The position numbers and the translations under genes are program-made. From positions 1 through 20,534 of the forward strand of contig JBIQJB010000033.1 in assembly GCA_044507735.1 (NCBI GenBank): a DNA stretch of 20,534 nt, read 5' to 3'. Source of the stretch: Nitrosopumilales archaeon (GTDB lineage Archaea > Thermoproteota > Nitrososphaeria > Nitrososphaerales > Nitrososphaeraceae). Position 1 is the stretch's first letter, and each line of letters begins with the position of its first letter. Below, piece after piece: positions 17,494 to 20,534 of this stretch. The notes beneath the pieces are model-generated. The model was not told the origin of the DNA. It did no database searches and was given only the letters and a program-made list of their open reading frames with translations.

Positions 17494-18555
17494 TTGGATT
17501 CTGCACCAACGCATCTGATGGAATTGCCAAGGAAGATACTCATAGGAGAGGGCGTTGTTTCTCAGGTTGGTTCTCTTATCAGATCGCTTGATGCAGGAGC
17601 AACCAAGGTGGCAATTATAACTGGTGAGGTTGTCAAGGCAAGGGCAGGTGGCGAGTGCATCGTGTCGCTTAACAACGCGGGGCTCAAGAGTTCATGGTAT
17701 GTCGTTAGCAATGCTTCGATGGATACGGTGGCACGACTGCAGGACAAGATAAGTGACACGCCCGATGTCGTCGTCGGGTTTGGCGGCGGCCGCTCGGTGG
17801 ATGTTGCAAAAATGACTGCGTTCAAGATAGGCCGGCCATTTCTGAGCGTTCCAACATCAGCGTCTCATGACGGGATCTCAAGCCCATTTGTATCGATCAG
17901 AGGTACCGACAAGCCACACTCCGTAAAGGCAAATACGCCGATAGGCGTTGTTGCAGACACACATCTTATGTCTCAAGCCCCGCCGAGACTGCTTGCAGGT
18001 GGTTGTGGAGATCTGGTAGCAAAGATAACAGCGGTCAAGGATTGGGAGCTTGCCCGTGATGAAAAGGGTGAATACTTTGGAAGCTATGCTGCAAACCTTG
18101 CATACATGAGCGCCAAGATTATCCTCGACGAATCTGAGAAACTGAAACGTAAGAATCAGTTTAGCATCCGGACAATAGTGGAAGCTCTAATCAGCGCAGG
18201 CGTTGCTGCATGCATTGCTGGCAGCAGCAGACCGTGTTCTGGCGCAGAGCACCTGTTCAGTCACGCAATAGAATACGTTGCCGGCTCCAATTTTGGCCTG
18301 CATGGAGAGCGCGTCGGCATAGGGACTATTATGATGGCCAAACTACATGGATTGGACTGGGAAAAGATTGCAGAGACTCTCGAAAATGTCGGCGCTCCAA
18401 CCAAGGCAAAACAGATCAAGTTGAGTGAGGAACACGTTGTAAAGGCACTGGTGGCTGCACAGTCGCTCAGGCCAGATAGGTATACTATCTTGAGCAAGAT
18501 CAAGATGGATGCAAAGACTGCGCGCAGGCTAGCCCGGTCTGTTGGAGTGATCTAG
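17494..18555 (+). CDS. egsA: sn-glycerol-1-phosphate dehydrogenase
   Basis: GGGRSVDVAK, PTSASHDGISSP, SRPCSGAEHLFSHA, HGERVG and RYTIL motifs. Confidence 0.96.
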   Translation: MDSAPTHLMELPRKILIGEGVVSQVGSLIRSLDAGATKVAIITGEVVKARAGGECIVSLNNAGLKSSWYVVSNASMDTVARLQDKISDTPDVVVGFGGGRSVDVAKMTAFKIGRPFLSVPTSASHDGISSPFVSIRGTDKPHSVKANTPIGVVADTHLMSQAPPRLLAGGCGDLVAKITAVKDWELARDEKGEYFGSYAANLAYMSAKIILDESEKLKRKNQFSIRTIVEALISAGVAACIAGSSRPCSGAEHLFSHAIEYVAGSNFGLHGERVGIGTIMMAKLHGLDWEKIAETLENVGAPTKAKQIKLSEEHVVKALVAAQSLRPDRYTILSKIKMDAKTARRLARSVGVI

Positions 18556-18999
18556 TTGGCCTTCTAATGCCTTTTTCGTGGCCTGCTCCCTATGTGCAAA
18601 AATCTTTTCGAGCTGCGAATGGACATATCCTTCGAACAGCCTTCCAATCCGTCCATAGTGCAGCTCAAAGTCGATTTTGTCCATGACTTCTGTCTTGTCA
18701 TCATCTAGCTTGCGGAACCCGTGCACATGCTTCCATACTCTGAATCTACCCGTAAGCATTTCATCGATGTATTCGTATGGTGCGAGTTTGGTGATTTTGG
18801 AATGCCACCTGCTTCTAGTCAAGAGTATTCCCGTCAGCCATACTTCAGAGCCCTCATCAAGCTGATGGTGAGTACACCTGACAATCTCAATCTGCATATG
18901 CGGAGGCGAAATTACCTGCAAATGGCCTATGTCAGTGTAAAACTCCCACACGGTGTCAATGTCTGCATTAACAGTAAAGCTGTGGTGGAAATTGCGCAC
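18529..18999 (-). CDS. SRPBCC (START/polyketide-cyclase-like) family protein
   Basis: V.A....VWEF.....L..I.PP, W...IT, DEM..G.F..W.H.H.F and IF.HR motifs. Confidence 0.88.
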   Translation of the reverse strand: MRNFHHSFTVNADIDTVWEFYTDIGHLQVISPPHMQIEIVRCTHHQLDEGSEVWLTGILLTRSRWHSKITKLAPYEYIDEMLTGRFRVWKHVHGFRKLDDDKTEVMDKIDFELHYGRIGRLFEGYVHSQLEKIFAHREQATKKALEGQLDHSNRPG

Positions 19000-19368
19000 A
19001 TGATTACTGCGCGATGCCGAGAGATATGTGTCTGTCGTCCAGAAATTTGAACGTGGGGAAAGGATGCATCCCTATGGGCTGATATTTAGGGAACGCAGGA
19101 TGTCACTCTATAATATCCGACTCTCAATTTTTGATTCATCTATCAGGCGAGCATGGTCAAGTGCTGGCGTCTTCTCCTGACATACTATATGCCAAATTCG
19201 GTTGAAACGATGAAACTCCGGAGAAAAATATCAGCCTTCAATTGAGCATTGTACAGGACTTCATGTCATTGTTAACGCCGTCTTTTTCTGCGAGTTCTGC
19301 AGAGCGAGCGACCCTTCTCGCTCCAAGAACGGAATTCAACACTGTTAAGAAGAATTTACCCTACATCA

Positions 19369-20319
19369 TTACTTGGTTCTGAGAATACATCTGAACCCTA
19401 TATGGGTCATCCCTGTATCGATCATCTGTGGTTGTCGAGCCGCAGGGCGATATCGCAAACAATAATTCGGAGCGCATATGTGGGAACCGCCTTTCACTAC
19501 TTTCCTTGGGATCCTGAACTGTGGTAGCCTGGGATCAAAACTCAATTTTGGCGATGTTACCCTTGGATTGACAGAAGCTGTGCAGCAGGTTTTGACCTGA
19601 TTGGCAGACTCATCTAGATGCGGGACATACCAGTCGGATGTCCACTCCCAAACATTGCCTGCCATATCAAATAGGCCATAGCCGTTCGGATCAAATGAAC
19701 CAACCGGAGAAGTGCCTTCATATTTATCTATTAACAGATTCTGGTAAGGGAATTCTCCCTGCCAAGTATTGGCCTTTGGTCGGGTAAGCTGCGTGTCCTT
19801 ATCTCCCCAGGTAAAATCCATTCCATCTAATCCGCCTCTAGCAGCAAACTCCCATTCTGCTTCCGTGGGCAATTCTTTTCCCGCCCATTTCGCGTAGGCT
19901 TCGGCGTCCTCATATGCGATGTGAACTACAGGATGGTCATCCAATCCGATGACGTTGCTGCCGGGTCCCTGAGGATGCTTCCAGCTGGCGCCCTTTATCC
20001 ATTTCCACCAGTTGGCATAGTTTTTCAAATCAACAGGTTCATCTCGTTTTACAAAGACCATGGAACCTGGAACAAGATCCTCTTCCGGGATACCGGGGAA
20101 ATCGGCGGCACTCACTGGTCTTTCTGCAACCGTCACATAATTTGTTTCAGATACAAAATCACTAAAAGTTCTATTAGTCACCAAATATCTATCGATCCAG
20201 AAGCCGTCCACTGTAGCTCTATGTACCGGCTTTTCTTCAGGGTAGAATTTTTCTGAACCCATCATGAAAGTGCCGCCATCGATAAACACCATGTTTTGTT
20301 GCTGGTCAGGCATTCCCAT
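19369..20319 (-). CDS. Formylglycine-generating enzyme (sulfatase-modifying factor); likely start 20313
   Basis: F.MGS, HPVVH, LPTEAEWEFAARGG, NGYGLFDMAGNVWEW and intact catalytic KGGSHICAPNYCLRYRPAAR; SD-like AAGGTGA 7 nt before ATG 20313. Confidence 0.95.
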   Translation of the reverse strand: MGMPDQQQNMVFIDGGTFMMGSEKFYPEEKPVHRATVDGFWIDRYLVTNRTFSDFVSETNYVTVAERPVSAADFPGIPEEDLVPGSMVFVKRDEPVDLKNYANWWKWIKGASWKHPQGPGSNVIGLDDHPVVHIAYEDAEAYAKWAGKELPTEAEWEFAARGGLDGMDFTWGDKDTQLTRPKANTWQGEFPYQNLLIDKYEGTSPVGSFDPNGYGLFDMAGNVWEWTSDWYVPHLDESANQVKTCCTASVNPRVTSPKLSFDPRLPQFRIPRKVVKGGSHICAPNYCLRYRPAARQPQMIDTGMTHIGFRCILRTK

Positions 20320-20363
20320 CTCACCTTTGGAAATTTCTTATGTATCCAACATGCTGTTCTTTT

Positions 20364-20495
20364 CTAGGTGCTAGCTGCGGCGGATGCTGACATTTTCGCT
20401 ATTGCATCGTTCACCGTGAACGTATTTGGCTTCTGAATTGCTGGGAATTCCTTGAAGGTTTCGGCAAACTTTTTGGCCGCAGCGGCGCTGTTAAC
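20364..20495 (-). pseudogene. C-terminal remnant of an arylsulfatase
   Basis: Hand translation gives VNSAAAAKKFAETFKEFPAIQKPNTFTVNDAIAKMSASAAAST*, resembling the F..TFKEFP..Q....FT...A..KM tail of FGE-linked arylsulfatases; in-frame TAA at 20498-20496 precedes it. Confidence 0.7.
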
Positions 20496-20534
20496 TTAGC
20501 CTCCATCCCTAGCCAGAAATAATGTGAACCGCAT

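Noticed and set aside
18529-18555. 27-bp convergent overlap of egsA and the SRPBCC gene
   Set aside because: Short tail-to-tail overlaps recur here (1114-1117, 8781-8784, 15014-15022) and are ordinary in compact archaeal genomes.

Overview
Core chromosomal region of an ammonia-oxidising archaeon (Nitrososphaera-like Thaumarchaeota, inferred from CdvA + SepF, EgsA, double-domain ThyX, a Sulfolobus-type 7Fe ferredoxin and many TTG/GTG starts with little or no leader). In order: 3' exon of an intron-containing tRNA-Leu, DUF192, PNPOx-like protein, acs, wHTH regulator, cdvA, thyX, phasin-like protein, ferredoxin, coaD, two hypotheticals, trpS, pheS, pheT, PP-loop sulfurtransferase, sepF, aCPSF1-type beta-CASP nuclease, TRAM protein, egsA, SRPBCC protein, a formylglycine-generating enzyme and a truncated arylsulfatase tail. 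Best leads: (1) a candidate box H/ACA guide RNA at 13461-13534 whose pocket matches LSU rRNA helix 69; (2) a 7Fe ferredoxin that has lost its classical Zn ligands and carries a tethered C2HC module; (3) an array of RCCA-N5-TGGT operators over the phasin-like gene promoter; (4) a TTGAC motif upstream of both division genes; (5) a decaying sulfatase/FGE cassette. Family assignments come from motif recognition only; no database searches were run.
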